64,000 bases of DNA from Dicyema japonicum (taxonomy: Eukaryota > Animalia > Dicyemida). The stretch covers positions 62,001 to 126,000 of the forward strand of contig RDEW01000031.1 in the NCBI GenBank assembly GCA_011109175.1, read 5' to 3'. Shown here piece by piece: positions 61,565-64,000 of this stretch. Every line of letters starts with the position of its first letter. The stretch's first letter is position 1. The notes beneath the pieces are model-generated. The model had not been told where the DNA came from, did not search any database, and saw only the letters and a list, made by a program, of their open reading frames with translations. The position numbers and the translations under genes are program-made.

Positions 61565-62879
61565 GCCAATCTCTAACAAACGATGAATTGATTCCTATCA
61601 ATTGCATGAATTTCGTAAAACGCAAAAGTATTGAACCAGTCATAAATTAAATTTCATTTTTCGTGAATGTGGATAAAATGTAATTTTTGATATTTAAATT
61701 ATTATTTTTGAATCCAATGAATTTTATTGTGAAATTATGTTTATTTTAACTAACAATAGATTCTAAATTCAATAAACTATTTTTAAAGCTCCCCATTACC
61801 TTACTTTAACGAAAGAAATGAACAAAAGACTGCTGTTGCCAGGTAACATCTCTCATGAGCGCATTTCCTTTTATTATTTATATGGAAATGCGTTCAATCA
61901 GCCGTCCCCCTTAAGGTTGTCTTTCCTCCTTTTTCCTATCAACGATCCGAAGAAAGATTGCGATTTGGATAAGAGAATCCCGAGGTTTCATTTGCTAAAA
62001 CCTTATTTTGGATTTTTAGTAACTGAAAAAAATATGCTTATTATTTTTTGGTTAATATTCCGAGATAAGATGCTTATTATTATTAATCGTTTTAGTTGAT
62101 ATGCGTTAGTCGTTTGGAGGATTTTTTTATTAACCCAGGCTTACAATCTTTGGTAATCCCAGCACAAACACTCAATTAATTAATCCAAGGGAGGAACACA
62201 AGTAAGAATATCTGTTTGTGCCGAGCAAATCCATCCTCCATTAATCCATTATGGGCTTCCGTTTCAGAAGAGAGGTGGAAAAGTAGGTCAGCCCTCTTTT
62301 ATTTTAATAACACGTCCTGCAGTCGCTGACATCAATTCATTTTTGGACAAAGATTTTTTATAATGGAAATCTTCACCAGTTGATTGATCAGGGAGAAGGT
62401 ATGAAGATCCCTTTCAACAACTGGGTCGTGCCAGAAGGACTCGTTGCCTCATGGGTTGGATCTGTTCGACAAAAAGTGACCTTCGCTGAAAAGTCCATAC
62501 TTCGGATTCGAACCCACGACTCTCAGATACGATGTCATCAGATGTTACGTTCAAACAAAAAGGCCATGGAGGACTTAGAGTGCTGTTCAATAAGTGTCGC
62601 ATTGGACTTTTCAGACGGCTCCAATATACGATTTTGATCTTCAATAATCCTCATTGCTGATGGATTCTGCCATTTGGCAGTATTCATCATTTCACAATCG
62701 TGCTTGTTCACTAATTACTTCAGGAGTATGTATAGTGCATATGAGGTAAAGCAAAATAGTCAGATCTAATCCTTGTGTCATTAAAACTGCAGTATTATTA
62801 TTAACATATTGTCAAAATTGGAGTATTTTTGGCTAACTAATGAGCGGCTAAAGAAACGAGTGACCTGAATCACTTAAAA

Positions 62880-64000
62880 TCAATAAAAATGGACAAAAAA
62901 GAACAAATAACAGAGCTTACTGGACTTAAAGGAAACCAAAATATGAAGATGAAACGATGGATATACTTTGCTAATATGGATACCGGGAGAATCAGAGATT
63001 GTATCCAGGATAACATAAAGATTGTGAAGAAAAGACTTTGAATACATGCATCTAGAAAAAAATTCAGAAAACATAATTGGTGTTTTGAACTCAATCAAAG
63101 ATATTTTATAGTGGCTTAGACGAGGAGCAAGAGAATTCTCGATTTTTATTTTGGGAGAATATTTGGAACAAACAGGCGAGAAATGAGAACACATTTTTGA
63201 TGAACAAACAAGTGACTGGAGTAAAAGACACATTTGCAGACTTTAGCGAATAAAGCATCCTGGAAGTAATTGAACATCTCCCGAACTGGAGAGTTAGCAG
63301 ATGTGATGGAGTGTACAGCTTCTTCCTCAAAAAATTCACATTGATTCATGACCACCTTTGTGAGAAATCTCAAAGTTAATACACGGGAAGTTTAATCAGA
63401 TGAGTAGTTCTACGCTGGAATCACTTATCTTATCCAGAAAAAGACGTGTTCCATACCCTAAAGGACTTTAGACCAATTATGTGTATGCCAAATTTATACA
63501 AGTCGATTACGAAGTATATGAACCGAAAATTATCAGACTATATTGAGTCATACCATCTGATCAGTAACAATCAATTGGGAACACGAAGGATGTGCCAAGG
63601 ATCTGAAAAGCAGGCACTATTAAACCAATCCATCAACCAACAGAACGGGAAGAATTTGGCCACTGCGTGGATATACGTTAAAAATGCATTCGATTCAGTG
63701 GATCAAGACTTTTATTGTACTCGATAACTGGACTCCCTACTGGATTGTGACCTTTGTAAAGAACTTGGTCACGAGGTGGAAAATTAAATTGAATTTCAAC
63801 TGAAAACAAATTGGGGAATTCAGAATGAAAAAGTGAATTCTGCGGGGTGACTCGTTGTCACCCAAAATGATGAAAGAAGTGAATACTTTCTTCCAGCTGC
63901 TGGACTTGAAATAAATACGGAAAAATCAGCTACAAATGTGCAAAATCTCAGTTCTGAAGCAAAGTTGCTTGATTGAACGGATGGCTATCGATACCTCTGG
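62880..64000 (+). mobile_element. R4/Dong-like (RLE) non-LTR RT, decayed, runs off the window
   Basis: PNWRVSRCDGVYSFFLKK, DFRPIMCMPNLYK, NQLGT...QGSEKQALLN, TAWIYVKNAFDSV. Confidence 0.85.

Noticed and set aside
1-64000. Prokaryotic or myxozoan origin; alternative genetic code
   Set aside because: Spliceosomal introns and animal genes exclude prokaryotes; ciliary genes argue against Myxozoa; genes end in TAA/TAG/TGA, and the internal stops examined resolve by introns or 1-nt indels rather than read-through.

Overview
AT-rich eukaryotic (animal-type) genomic DNA. About 11 host genes broken by very short GT-AG introns (mostly 20-31 nt) sit among dense, decayed transposon debris. Genes recognised after manual splicing: CNDP2, TTLL10, a VAMP/synaptobrevin, PICALM/AP180, CABCOCO1, a very divergent AP-3 mu subunit, a telobox-Myb (TRF-like) protein, an EBP-family protein, ELMOD, RNF126/115-like and BICRA/GLTSCR1-like. 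There are also two orphans: an intronless Ser-rich ORF and a spliced, signal-peptide-bearing protein built from a 14-aa repeat. Micro-introns plus two cilia-linked genes suggest a reduced, ciliated animal such as a dicyemid (inference only). Mobile DNA includes many CRE-clade non-LTR fragments, RTE, Ingi/I-like LINEs (one with a 2A StopGo motif), R4/Dong, Tigger/pogo, Merlin and Tc1/IS630 remnants, and a tRNA-derived SINE. The most novel-looking items are (1) a second, non-tRNA short retroelement family whose copies co-vary in an HDV-ribozyme-like nested pseudoknot and a 3' stem-loop, (2) the secreted 14-aa repeat protein, and (3) micro-introns or acceptors directly upstream of many start codons. 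Several conserved genes carry single 1-nt frameshifts, so the assembly is probably indel-prone. Family assignments come from recalled motifs, not database searches, and TE boundaries are approximate.
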